Assembly: GCA_040954595.2 (NCBI GenBank)
Contig: CM082577.2
Coordinates: 13,089,903 to 13,153,902, forward strand
DNA from: Balanoglossus misakiensis
Lineage: Eukaryota > Animalia > Hemichordata
Direction: 5' to 3'
Length of the DNA stretch: 64,000 nt
Shown here: piece after piece, positions 28,501-43,500 of the stretch
How positions within the stretch are numbered: the stretch's first letter is position 1
Layout: the number at the start of each line of letters is the position of its first letter
Position numbers and translations under genes: made by a program
Notes under the pieces: model-generated
The model's database searches: none
Told to the model about the DNA's origin: nothing
Seen by the model: only the letters and a program-made list of their open reading frames with translations

Positions 28501-31500
28501 TAGTCAACACATACTATACTCGATACATACTAGAATTTATATTGAGAAAGATGAGATGAAATATACCTTGTCTGTTTTGTCTTTATCTGCCCCAGCGTCT
28601 ATCAGGACATTCACTGCTTTAGGAAAATTATTGGCTGCAGCTTCATGCAGGACAGTCATACCAGCCTGCCAATTTAATATAATTGTTATTTGTCAATTTA
28701 AAATATTTATGACATTGGATATACCAGTATGTAGGAGCTTTTTTGCATATAAATATTGAAAGTTTCTGTTAGATGTATAATAATAAGGTTATTACGAAAA
28801 ATACTGTAAAGTATGTACAAGGACATTACCACCAGGTAATGCGCCGCGCTTATGTCAGCGTTTTTGTGATAACCTTATTACTATACATCTTACATCTTGG
28901 TTAGTTCTTGTGTACCACATTACTTGGCTTTCTAAACGCCCAAAATGCCGATACAATCGATCGTCAACCAGTAGGCAGAAACATTAAGCAGCCATCCTTC
29001 TGTTTTGTTTACATACATTGGAATTGGGGTGTCATGAAACCGTCGGCATAACAGTGCATACTTGTACCTGTACATGGTGAGTTGGGGCACCTTGAAACTT
29101 TAACACGCTTTCCCTATATACCATTCCGTACCATTTTTTTAGTGCCGCTACATTCTATTATTCTTGGTGCCAGATGTATAATAATGTTATTTATACATTT
29201 CCAGATTAAATACACATGCAACATATTTCCACAGTTGATAAATTAAAACTTACATCATCTGTAGTACCATCTATGCCATCTCCCATATCTTTCAAGACAT
29301 TGACAAAGTCCATGCTCTCATACTTTGCAGCTGCTACATACAGAGGTCTTGATTCCAAAGGAAACCTTGCATCCTATTAAATATGAAATCAAAAAGATGG
29401 TTTGTAAGATGATGATGCTGATAAAATTACTATGGACAAATCCATGTCTTTCCACTGCTGTAACAGTTCCATTGTAAATTCCATTAAGCACAATTTAAGT
29501 TTCAGTCCTGAGCTAGTAGCATGTGATTAACATACTGTCCCATTTAGATGTCAGAAGCCATGATGAGCAATTTGAACATTTTTCTCACAGCTTATGCACG
29601 TATTGTGTATATGTTTGACAAAACTTTGGTCGTGTAAGGACAACAGGTTTATGACTCATTATCTTGGCTTAATTAGCAAACCACATTTCTCTGGTGTAGG
29701 TTTTGCCAGATGAACAGGTACAAGGTCAATACTGTACAACGTTGATTGTTAGACTGAGTGCACGTGAAAAAACCTACCCGATTTTCATCAACAAAGTTTG
29801 CTTTTGCATCGAGAAGAATTCTAACTGTGTCTGTATTCTTTTCCTGCACAGCGTAGTACAAAGGAGTGAAGTCATTCTGTTGAGAAAACAAGAATTGCAC
29901 ATTTGAAGAATGTTAAAATTGAACATCCTCTATACAGAATGCTATGAAAATTGTGCTGATGGTTCATAGGCATAGGAACCGGCAGAGAGGGATACCCCCT
30001 CCCACACCCACCCCTTCACTCTTCAACACCTTTCATCAACTTACTTTGTCCAAAACATTGACTTTTGCTTTAAGCTTGAGGCATATTTCTGTGTACTTGG
30101 GGTCCTGATTATGAGCCATTAAATGCAGAACAGTCACACCATCGGCTGAGCCCTAAAAAATATAATTTGTTTTAATATGGTATTACAAAACAAAATTAAC
30201 TCACACACAAACCAATTTTCTCATTGCTGAATAGAAAACACCAGTATTTATACTTTGGTTGATGTATGACAATATAGTACATCCATGTTATAACTGTGGT
30301 TGATGATGTAGAACAGGGTTGATATTGATAGCAGTGATACAGGCCTGTTTATGAGATATACAGATCATTAGTGTCATTATCATGGCCACATACCTTATCC
30401 AATCCTTGAACAACTTCATTTATATCCTGTCCTGCTTTGATGAGAGTCTCTGCCACAGTATATTTATAGCTTTCAACAGCCCAGTGTAACATGGTTGTCT
30501 GTTGGTATTATATCAAAAACTTTATATTATTTTAACTTTGTGCGAGATAAACGTGATCCATATAAAGTCAAGATACCAACACTCGCCCATATCCATTTTG
30601 AGAGAGCATAAAAGTACAAATACATATTAATGAAAGAATCAAAGTAAAACTTTACCGTGTTTTCGCAATGTAGCTGTTTTGTTTTACTCTTAATTAAGAT
30701 CTTGGCTACTTCAACATGGCTCTGTGCTGCTGCATAATAGAGGGCTGTAAACCCATCCTGAAACAAAAACATAGAGAACTAAAATTACAAAACCATCTCA
30801 ACAAGTAACCCAAACATCATTTTACTAGTATACCTCACACTTTTTTAGAAACATATGGTTTACTTGTAAATGGTACGGTTTTCTCGTTTGTTTACTATTA
30901 GTTAATCAAACGACTCGAAAACATTTTTCTGAAAATCTGTCCTAAAACATGTTCATTCTATACTTATGACCTGGCTTATCTACTTAATTTTAAATTAAAA
31001 GAAACAAATCAGATGTTTACCTCTGAATGTTCATTGACATTTGCGAGTCTACCAAGAAGTATAGTGACAGCCTTTTCATCACCACCCTTTGCATAATGTT
31101 GTAGTGCTGAAAGACCATCCTGAATGCAGAAAAAGCCATTTGCATGACAAAGAAATTATGAGAATATATTAAAGTTTTATGTTGTTTTTAAAATTATGCT
31201 TATGCTTTCAATATTGAATCCTGGCAAATTTCTTAAATCGTTGCATGAATGAGGACATTTTAAAATGAAATCAAGACCGCTTCCTGAGTGCTTTTTTGAA
31301 GGATTTTAGCAAAGTAACCCATTTCAAATGTTACTTGAAAGGGTCTATTATCAAATACACCTTATGAGCTGAAAATTTTCTAGGGCTCTTTACCTGTGCA
31401 TGTTCATCTATTTTCACACCAGCTTTCAAAAGATCTTCTACCATTTCTTCTGCATATGTTTTGATCGCCCAGAACAATTGTTCAATATTTGATGTTCCAC

Positions 31501-34500
31501 GCTACAACAGGATATAATTTCCACCATAAATAATTTATTTTATAAGCACCAATGTCTGTTATTGACTGACCCAGATTACATTGTATTGCTTTAAATTAGT
31601 AAACACAACAATCACAAAACCTTCTTAAATTTTGTGATACATGTTTCTCTTTGAAGTGCTATAGCCATTAATGCTGAAATTACAATTTTACAGTGATTTA
31701 CCTCTAAAAGTATAATCAATGCCAAAACAAGCAACTGTGTCAAAGTTAACTTACACTTTGTGTAGTAATTTCACTCAACCCAACAAATATTCAAACATTA
31801 TGCTAACATAAAGGAATTACTTTTATCAATTGAAGTTTCATTAGCAGTAAATTTTCAGTATGAAGTATTTTTGTTTTGTGTGATTACTCTAATTTCTTGT
31901 TCAACTGCCTGAAGCATAACGAAATGCCTGGCATTTAGCTTATTAACACAACTCATACTATGTATATAATCAGCAATGTGATCATGCAATATATTTGCAT
32001 TCAAGTCCGGACTAGAATTCATTAATTACAATGGCTATGTTGACAAGCAGAGCACTATATGGGTAAATAAGCATGTTGTTTTGGGTAAAACAAGAAATTG
32101 CATTTGGTACACAGAACAAAAATACTGAAAATAAAGCCAAATGTTACTGTCCCTTTAATAATCTTTCTTACTGATCAAATATATAATAAATATGACATGA
32201 ATGAACTGTAATTTCTATTAAAATTTAGCTTACTGCATCCTTGTGGAGGCGGGCATTTGCATTAAGCAAATGTTTGGCAGACTCAATGTCCCGAAGTTTG
32301 AGAGCAGAATAGAGTGCAGTCTCGCCATCCTAGAAGTAAAGAAATATTGGATTGAAAATTTCAACTGCCGCCAGATTAAAATGACATTGCTGTTTAATTT
32401 ATCTGCTTTCCAAAATGTAACCATATTTCATTATCAAAGGCATAACAAATTGCAGTAGGTAATAAAGAAATATGATCAACACTTACCTCATTGTCTAAGT
32501 TTAGGTTGACATCTTTGTTTATTAACACTTTGACAACCTGGTGATGTCCATTCTTTACAGCATAGTGCAGAGCTGTGTTACCAACCTTGCAATTAACGAG
32601 CATGTGGGAAAATGATCATACATCAACTAATGCAATATGTTTTCTAATAGTCAACACATACTATACTCGATACATACTAGAATTTAAATTGAGAAAGTTG
32701 AGATGAAATATACCTTGTCTGTTTTGTCTTTATCTGCCCCAGCTTCTATCAGGATATTCACTGCTTGAGGAAAATTATTGGCTGCAGCTTCATGCACTAC
32801 AGTCATACCGGTCTGCCAATTTAACATAATTATTATTTGTCAATTTAAAATATTTATGACATTGGATATACCGGTATGTAGGGGATTTTTTGCTTAAAAA
32901 TATTGAAAGTTTCTGTTAGATGTATAATAATAAGGTTATTACGAAAATACTGCAAAGTATGTACAAGGACATTAGCACCAGGTAATGCACCGCGCTTATG
33001 TCCGCGTTTTTGTGATAACCTTATTACTATACATCTTACATCTTGGCTAGTTCTTGAGTACCACATTACTTGGCTTTCTAAACGCCCAAAATGCTGATAC
33101 AATTGATCGTCAACCAGTAAGCAGAAACATTGAGCAGCCATCCTTCTTTTTTGTTTACATACATTGGAATTGGGGTGTCATGAAACCGTCGGCATAACAG
33201 TGCATACCTGTCCATGGTGAGTTGGGGCACCTTGAAACTTTAGCATGCCCTACATACCATTCTGTACCATATTTTAGCGCCGCTACGTTCTATTATTCTT
33301 GGTGCCAGATGTATAATAATGTTATTTATACATTTCCAGATTAAATACACATGCAACATATTTCCACAGTTGATAAATTAAAACTTACATCATCTGTAGT
33401 ACCATCTATGCCATCTCCCATATCTTTCAAGACATTGACAAAGTCCATGCTCTTATACTTTGCAGCTGCTACATACAGAGGTCTTGATTCCAAAGGAAAC
33501 CTTGCATCCTATTAAATATGAAATCAAAAAGATGGTTTGTAAGATGATGATGCTGATAAAATTACTATGGTCAAATCCATATGTCTTCCCACTGCTGTAA
33601 CAGTTCCATCTGGTACATTGAATGAAAGTACCGGGTAGTAATATGCAGAAATGAAAGATCATAAGTGATGTTTTCAATTTTGGCTGCTGATCCACTGAAT
33701 TTAACACTAAATTGGCCAAAATCAGTAAAGTCTGCAAAATTGTCAATATCTGAAAACATTAAATTTTGCTATTGTGATTATAATATTTTCATTATAAAGC
33801 AAACACTCCATTGAACACAAAATCAGAACCTCACGAAGCCAAAATAATTTGTGTGCGATGATGATGTGAAGAACACAGTATAATGTTCAATCTGTCATAA
33901 CGTTATTAACTACATTTACAATGTTTCCATTAAGCTGTTGCACCAACATAGCGACGTAACCATATCACAAACCGTGTTCTATTTTAAATTCCATAAAGTA
34001 CAATTTAAGTTTCAGTCCTGAGCGAGTGGCATGTTAAGAACATACTGTCCCATTTAGACGTCAGAAGCCATGATGAGCAATTTGAACATTTTTCTCGCAG
34101 CTTCTGCACGTATTGTGTAAACGTTTGACAAAACTGTGGTCGTGTAAGGACAACAGGTTCATAACTCATTATCTTGGCTTAATTAGCAAACCACATTTCT
34201 CTGGTGTAGGTTTTGCCAGATGAACAGGTACAAGGTCAATACTGTACAACGTTGATTGTTAGACTGAGTGCACTTGAAAAAACCTACCCGATTTTCATCA
34301 ACAAAGTTTGCTTTTGCATCGAGAAGAATTCTAACTGTGTCTGTATTCTTTTCCTGCACAGCGTAGTACAAAGGAGTGAAGTCATTCTGTTGAGAAAACA
34401 AGAATTGCACATTTGAAGAATGTTAAAATTGAACATCCTCTATACAGAATGCTATGAAAATTGTGCTGATGGTTCATAGGCATAGGAACCGGCAGAGAGG

Positions 34501-37500
34501 GATACCCCCTCCCACACCCACCCCTTCACTCTTCAACACCTTTCATCAACTTACTTTGTCCAAAACATTGACTTTTGCTTTAAGCTTGAGGCATAGTTCT
34601 GTGTACTTGGGGTCCTGATTATGAGCCATTAAATGCAGAACAGTCACACCATCGGCTGAGCCCTAAAAAATATAATTTGTTTTAATATGGTATTACAAAA
34701 CAAAATTAACTCACACACAAACCAATTTTCTCATTGCTGAATAGAAAACACCAGTATTTATACTTTGGTTGATGTATGACAATATAGTACATCCATGTTA
34801 TATCTGTGGTTGATGATGTAGAACAGGCTTGATATTGATAGCAGTGATACAGGCCTGTTTATGAGATATACAGATCATTAGTGTCATTATCATGACCACA
34901 TACCTTATCCAATCCTTGAACAACTTCATTTATATCCTGTCCTGCTTTGATGAGAGTCTCTGCCACAGTATATTTATAGTTTTCAACAGCCCAGTGTAAC
35001 ATGGTTGTCTGTTGGTATTATATCAAAAGCTTTATATTATTTTAACTTTGTGCGAGATAAACGTGATCCATATAAGGTCAAGATACCAATACTCGCCCAT
35101 ATCCAGTTTGAGAGAGCATAAAAGTACAAATACAAATTAATGAAAGAATCAAAGTAAAACTTTACCGTGTTTTCGCAATGTAGCTGTTTTGTTTTACTCT
35201 TAATTAAGATCTTGGATACTTCAACATGGCTCTGTGCTGCTGCATAATAGAGGGCTGTAAACCCATCCTGAAACAAAAACATAGAGAAGTAAAATTACAA
35301 AACCATCTCAACAATTAACCCAAACATCATTTTACTAGTATACCTCACACTTTTTTAGAAACATATGGTTTACTTGTAAATGGTACGGTTTTCTCGTTTG
35401 TTTACTATTAGTTAATCAAACGACTCGAAAACATTTTTCTGAAAATCTGTCCTAAAACATGTTCATTCTATACTTATGACCTGGCTTATCTACTTAATTT
35501 TAAATTAAAAGATACAAATCAGATGTTTACCTCTGAATGTTCATTGACATTTGCATGTCTACCAAGAAGTATAGTGACAGCCTTTTCATCACCACCCTTT
35601 GCATAATGTTGTAGTGCTGAAAGACCATCCTGAATGCAGAAAAAGCCATTTGCATGACAAAGAAATTATGAGAATATATTAAAGTTTTATGTTGTTTTTA
35701 AAATTATGCTTATGCTTTCAATATTGAATCCTGGCAAATTTCTTAAATCGTTGCATGAATGAGGACATTTTAAAATGAAATCAAGACCGCTTCCTGAGTG
35801 CTTTTTTGAAGGATTTTAGCAAAGTAACCCATTTCAAATGTTACTTGAAAGGGTCTATTATCAAATACACCTTATGAGCTGAAAATTTTCTAGGGCTCTT
35901 TACCTGTGCATGTTCATCTATTTTCACACCAGCTACCAAAAGATCTTCTACCATTTCTTCTGCATATGTTTTGATCGCCCAGAACAATTGTTCAATATTT
36001 GATGTTCCACGCTACAACAGGATATAATTTCCACCATAAATAATTTATTTTATAAGCACCAATGTCTGTTATTGACTGACCCAGATTACATTGTATTGCT
36101 TTAAATTAGTAAACACAACAATCACAAAACCTTCTTAAATTTTGTGATACATGTTTCTCTTTGAAGTGCTATAGCCATTAATGCTGAAATTACAATTTTA
36201 CAGTGATTTACCTCTAAATGTATAATCAATGCCAAAACAAGCAACTGTGTCAAAGTTAACTTACACTTTGTGTAGTAATTTCACTCAACCCAACAAATAT
36301 TCAAACATTATGCTAACATAAAGGAATTACTTTTCAGTATGAAGTATTTTTGTTTTGTGTGATTACTCTATTTCTTGTTCAACTGCCTGAAGCATAACGA
36401 AATGCCTGGCATTTAGCTTATTAACACAACTCATACTATGTATATAATCAGCAATGTGATCATGCAATATATTTGCATTCAAGTCCGGACTAGAATTCAT
36501 TAATTACAATGGCCATGTTGACAAGCAGAGCACTATATGGGTAAATAAGCATGTTGTTTTGAGTAAAACAAGAAATTGCATTTGGTACACAGAACAAAAA
36601 TACTGAAAATAAAGCCAAATGTTACAGTCCCTTTAATAATCTTTCTTACTGATCAAATATATAATAAATATGACATGAATGAACTGTAATTGCTATTAAA
36701 ATTTAGCTTACTGCATCCTTGTGGAGGCGGGCATTTGCATTAAGCAAATGTTTGGCAGACTCAATGTCCCGAAGTTTGAGAGCAGAATAGAGTGCAGTCT
36801 CGCCATCCTAGAAGTAAAGAAATATTGGATTGAAAATTTCAACTGCCGCCAGATTAAAATGACATTGCTGTTTAATTTATCTGCTTTCCAAAATGTAACC
36901 ATATTTCATTACCAAAAGCATAACATATTGCAGTAGGTAATAAAGAAATATGATCAACACTTACCTCATTGTCTAAGTTTAGGTTGACATCTTTGTTTAT
37001 TAACACTTTGACAACCTGGTGATGTCCATTCTTTACAGCATAGTGCAGAGCTGTGTTACCAACCTTGCAATTAACGAGCATGTGGGAAAATGATCATACA
37101 TCAACTAATGCAATATGTTTTCTAATAGTCAACACATACTATACTCGATACATACTAGAATTTAAATTGAGAAAGTTGAGATGAAATATACCTTGTCTGT
37201 TTTGTCTTTATCTGCCCCAGCTTCTATCAGGATATTCACTGCTTGAGGAAAATTATTGGCTGCAGCTTCATGCAGTACAGTCATACCGGTCTGCCAATTT
37301 AATATAATTATTATTTGTCAATTTAAAATATTTATGACATTGGATATACCGGTATGTAGGGGCTTTTTTGCTTATAAATATTGAAAGTTTCTGTTAGACG
37401 TATAATAATAAGGTTATTACGAAAGTATGTACAAGGACATTAGCACCAGGTAATGCACCGCGCCTATGTCCGCGTTTTTGTGATAACCTTATTACTATAC

Positions 37501-40500
37501 ATCTTACATCTTGGCTAGTTCTTGAGTACCACATTACTTGGCTTTCTAAACGCCCAAAATGCCGATACATTTGATCGTCAACCAGTAAGCAGAAACATTG
37601 AGCAGCCATCCTTCTGTTTTGTTTACATACATTGGAATTGGGGTGTCATGAAACCGTCGGCATAACAGTGCATACTTGTACCTGTACATGGTGAGTTGGG
37701 GTACCTTGAAACATTAACACGCTTTCCCTATATACCATTCCGTACCTTTTTTTTAGTGCCGCTACATTCTATTATTCTTGGTGCCAGATGTATAATAATG
37801 TTATTTATACATTTCCAGATTAAATACACATGCAACATATTTCCACAGTTGATAAATTAAAACTTACATCATCTGTAGTACCATCTATGCCATCTCCCAT
37901 ATCTTTCAAGACATTGACAAAGTCCATGCTCTCATACTTTGCAGCTGCTACATACAGAGGTCTTGATTCCAAAGGAAACCTTGCATCCTATTAAATATGA
38001 AATCAAAAAGATGGTTTGTAAGATGATGATGCTGATAAAATTACTATGGACAAATCCATATGTCTTCCCACTGCTGTAACAGTTCCATCTGGTACATTGA
38101 ATGAAAGTACCGGGTAGTAATATGCAGAAATGAAAGATCATAAGTGATGTATTCAATTTTGGCTGCTGATCCACTAAATTTAACACTAAATTGGCCAAAA
38201 ACAGTAAAGTCTGCAAAATTGTCAATATCTGAAAACATTAAATTTTGCTATTGTGATTATAATATTTTCATTATAAAGCAAACACTCCATTGAACACAAA
38301 ATCAGAACCTCACGAAGCGAAAATAATTTGTGTGCGATGATGATGTGAAGAACACAGTATAATGTTCAATCTGTCATAACTTTATTAACTACATTTACAA
38401 TGTTTCCATTAAGCTGTTGCACCAACATAGCGACGTAACCATATCACAAACCGTGTTCCATTTTAAATTCCATAAAGTACAATTTAAGTTTCAGTCCTGA
38501 GCGAGTGGCATGTTAAGAACATACTGTCCCATTTAGACGTCAGAAGCCATGATGAGCAATTTGAACATTTTTCTCGCAGCTTCTGCACGTATTGTGTAAA
38601 CGTTTGACAAAACTTTGGTCGTGTAAGGACAACAGGTTCATAACTCATTATCTTGGCTTAATTAGCAAACCACATTTCTCTGGTGTAGGTTTTGCCAGAT
38701 GAACAGGTACAAGGTCAATACTGTACAACGTTGATTGTTAGACTGAGTGCACTTGAAAAAACCTACCCGATTTTCATCAACAAAGTTTGCTTTTGCATCG
38801 AGAAGAATTCTAACTGTGTCTGTATTCTTTTCCTGCACAGCGTAGTACAAAGGAGTGAAGTCATTCTGTTGAGAAAACAAGAATTGCACATTTGAAGAAT
38901 GTTAAAATTGAACATCCTCTATACAGAATGCTATGAAAATTGTGCTGATGGCTCATAGGCATAGGAACCGGCAGAGAGGGATACCCCCTCCCACACCCAC
39001 CCCTTCACTCTTCAACACCTTTCATCAACTTACTTTGTCCAAAACATTGACTTTTGCTTTAAGCTTGAGGCATAGTTCTGTGTACTTGGGGTCCTGATTA
39101 TGAGCCATTAAATGCAGAATAGTCACACCATCGGCTGAGCCCTAAAAAATATAATTTGTTTTAATATGGTATTACAAAACAAAATTAACTCACACACAAA
39201 CCAATTTTCTCATTGCTGAATAGAAAACACCAGTATTTATACTTTGGTTGATGTATGACAATATAGTACATCCATGTTATAACTGTGGTTGATGATGTAG
39301 AACAGGGTTGATATTGATAGCAGTGATACAGGCCTGTTTATGAGATATACAGATCATTAGTGTCATTATCATGGCCACATACCTTATCCAATCCTTGAAC
39401 AACTTCATTTATATCCTGTCCTGCTTTGATGAGAGTCTCTGCCACAGTATATTTATAGTTTTCAACAGCCCAGTGTAACATGGTTGTCTGTTGGTATTAT
39501 ATAGAAAACTTTATAATATTTTAAATTTGTGCGAGATAAACGTGATCCATATAAAGTCAAGATACCAATACTCGCCCATATCCAGTTTGAGAGAGCATAA
39601 AAGTACAAATACAAATTAATGAAAGAATCAAAGTAAAACTTTACCGTGTTTTCGCAATGTAGCTGTTTTGTTTTACTCTTAATTAAGATCTTGGATACTT
39701 CAACATGGCTCTGTGCTGCTGCATAATAGAGGGCTGTAAACCCATCCTGAAACAAAAACATAGAGAACTAAAATTACAAAACCATCTCAACAATTAACCC
39801 AAACATCATTTTACTAGTATACCTCACACTTTTTTAGAAACATATGGTTTACTTGTAAATGGTACGGTTTTCTCGTTTGTTTACTATTAGTTAATCAAAC
39901 GACTCGAAAACATTTTTCTGAAAATCTTTCCTAAAACATGTTCATTCTATACTTATGACCTGGCTTATATACTTCATTTTACATGAAAAGATACAAATCA
40001 GATATTTACCTTTGAATATTCATTGACATTTGCATGTCTACCAAGAAGTATAGTGACAGCCTTTTCATCACCATCCTTTGCATAATGTTGTAGTGCTGAA
40101 AGACCATCCTGAATGCAGAAAAAGCCATTTGCATGACAAAGAAATTATGAGAATATATTAAAGTTTTATGTTGTTTTTAAAATCATGCTTATGCTTTTAA
40201 TATTGAATCCTGGCAAATTTCTTAAATCATTGCATGAATGAGGACATTTTCAAATGAAATCAAAACCGCTTCCTGAGTGCTTTTTTGAAGGATTTTAGCA
40301 AAGTAACCCATTTCAAATGTTACTTGAAAGGGTCTATTATCAAATACACCTTATGAGCTGAAAATTTTCTAGGGCTCTTTACCTGTGCATGTTCATCTAT
40401 TTTCACACCAGCTTCCAAAAGATCTTCTACCATTTCTTCTGCATATGTTTTGATCGCCCAGAACAATTGTTCAATATTTGATGTTCCACGCTACAGCAGG

Positions 40501-43500
40501 ATATAATTTCCACCATAAATAATTTATTTTATAAGCACCAATGTCTGTTATTGACTGACCCAGATTACATTGTATTGCTTTAAATTAGTAAACACAACAA
40601 TCACAAAACCTTCTTAAATTTTGTGATACATGTTTCTCTTTGAAGTGCTATAGCCATTAATGCTGAAATTACAATTTTACAGTGATTTACCTCTAAAAGT
40701 ATAATCAATATCAAAACAAGCAACTGTGTCAAAGTTAACTTACACTTTGTGTAGTAATTTCACTCAACCCAACAAATATTCAAACATTATGCTAACATAA
40801 AGGAATTACTTTTATCAATTGAAGTTTCATTAGCAGTAAATTTTCAGTATGAAGTATTTTTGTTTTGTGTGATTACTCTAATTTCTTGTTCAACTGCCTG
40901 AAGCATAACGAAATGCCTGGCATTTAGCTTATTAACACAACTCATACTATGTATATAATCAGCAATGTTATCATGCAATATATTTGCATTCAAGTCCGGA
41001 CTAGAATTCATTAATTACAATGGCTATGTTGACAAGCAGAGCACTATATGGGTAAATAAGCATGTTGTTTTGAGTAAAACAAGAAATTGCATTTGGTACA
41101 CAGAACAAAAATACTGAAAATAAAGCCAAATGTTACTGTCCCTTTAATAATCTTTCTTACTGATAAAATATATAATAAATATGACATGAATGAACTGTAA
41201 TTTCTATTAAAATTTAGCTTACTGCATCCTTGTGGAGGCGGGCATTTGCATTAAGCAAATGTTTGGCAGACTCAATGTCCCGAAGTTTGAGAGCAGAATA
41301 GAGTGCAGTCTCGCCATCCTAGAAGTAAAGAAATATTGGATTGAAAATCTCAACTGCCGCCAGATTAAAATGACATTGCTGTTTAATTTATCTGCTTTCC
41401 AAAATGTAACCATACTTCATTACCAAAAGCATAACAAATTGCAGTAGGTAATAAAGAAATATGATCAACACTTACCTCATTGTCTATGTTTAGGTTGACA
41501 TCTTTGTTTATTAACACTTTGACAACCTGGTGATGTCCATTCTTTACAGCATAGTGCAGAGCTGTGTCACCAACCTTGCAATTAACGAGTATGTGGGAAA
41601 ATGATCATACATCAACTAATGCAATATGTTTTCTAATAGTCAACACATACTATACTCGATACATACTAGAATTTAAATTGAGAAAGTTGAGATGAAATAT
41701 ACCTTGTCTGTTTTGTCTTTATCTGCCCCAGCTTCTATCAGGATATTCACTGCTTTAGGAAAATTATTGGCTGCAGCTTCATGCAGTACAGTCATACCGG
41801 TCTGCCAATTTAATATAATTATTATTTGTCAATTTAAAATATTTATGACATTGGATATACCGGTATGTAGGGGCTTTTTGCTTATAAATATTGAAAGTTT
41901 CTGTTAGACGTATAATAATAAGGTTATTACGAAAATACTGCAAAGTATGTACAAGGACATTAGCACCAGGTAATGCGCCACGCTTATGTCCGCGTTTTTG
42001 TGATAACCTTATTACTATACATCTTACATCTTGGCTAGTTCTTGAGTACCACATTACTTGGCTTTCTAAACGCCCAAAATGCCGATACAATTGATCGTCA
42101 ACCAGTAAGCAGAAACATTGAGCAGCCATCCTTCTTTTTTGTTTACATACATTGGAATTGGGGTGTCATGAAACCGTCGGCATAACAGTGCATACCTGTC
42201 CATGGTGAGTTGGGGCACCTTGAAACTTTTACATGCCCTACATACCATTCTGTACCATTTTTTAGCGCCGCTACATTCTATTATTCTTGGTGCCAGATGT
42301 ATAATAATGTTATTTATACATTTCCAGATTAAATACACATGCAACATATTTCCACAGTTGATAAATTAAAACTTACATCATCTGTAGTACCATCTATGCC
42401 ATCTCCCATATCTTTCAAGACATTGACAAAGTCTATGCTCTCATACTTTGCAGCTGCTACATACAGAGGTCTTGATTCCAAAGGAAACCTTGCATCCTAT
42501 TAAATATGAAATCAAAAAGATGGTTTGTAAGATGATGATGCTGATAAAATTACTATGGTCAAATCCATATGTCTTCCCACTGCTGTAACAGTTCCATCTG
42601 ATACATTGAATGAAAGTACCGGGTAGTAATATGCAGAAATGAAAGATCATAAGTGATGTATTCAATTTTGGCTGCTGATCCACTGAATTTAACACTAAAT
42701 TGGCCAAAAAAAAGTAAAGTCTGCAAAATTGTCAATATCTGAAAACATTAAATTTTGCTATTGTGATTATAATATTTTCATTATAAAGCAAACACTCCAT
42801 TGAACACAAAATCAGAACCTCACAAAGCCAAAATAATTTGTGTGCGATGATGATGTGAAGAACACAGTATAATGTTCAATCTGTCATAACTTTATTAACT
42901 ACATTTACAATGTTTCCATTAAGCTGTTGCACCAACATAGCGACGTAACCATATCACAAACCGTGTTCCATTTTAAATTCCATAAAGTACAATTTAAGTT
43001 TCAGTCCTGAGCGAGTGGCATGTTAAGAACATACTGTCCCATTTAGACGTCAGAAGCCATGATGAGCAATTTGAACATTTTTCTCGCAGCTTCTGCACGT
43101 ATTGTGTAAACGTTTGACAAAACTGTGGTCGTGTAAGGACAACAGGTTCATAACTCATTATCTTGGCTTAATTAGCAAACCACATTTCTCTGGTGTAGGT
43201 ATTGCCAGATGAACAGGTACAAGGTCAATACTGTACAACGTTGATTGTTAGACTGAGTGCACTTGAAAAAACCTACCCGATTTTCATCAACAAAGTTTGC
43301 TTTTGCATCGAGAAGAATTCTAACTGTGTCTGTATTCTTTTCCTCCACAGCGTAGTACAAAGGAGTGAAGTCATTCTGTTGAGAAAACAAGAATTGCACA
43401 TTTGAAGAATGTTAAAATTGAACATCCTCTATACAGAATGCTATGAAAATTGTGCTGATGGTTCATAGGCATAGGAACCGGCGGGAAGGGATACCCTATC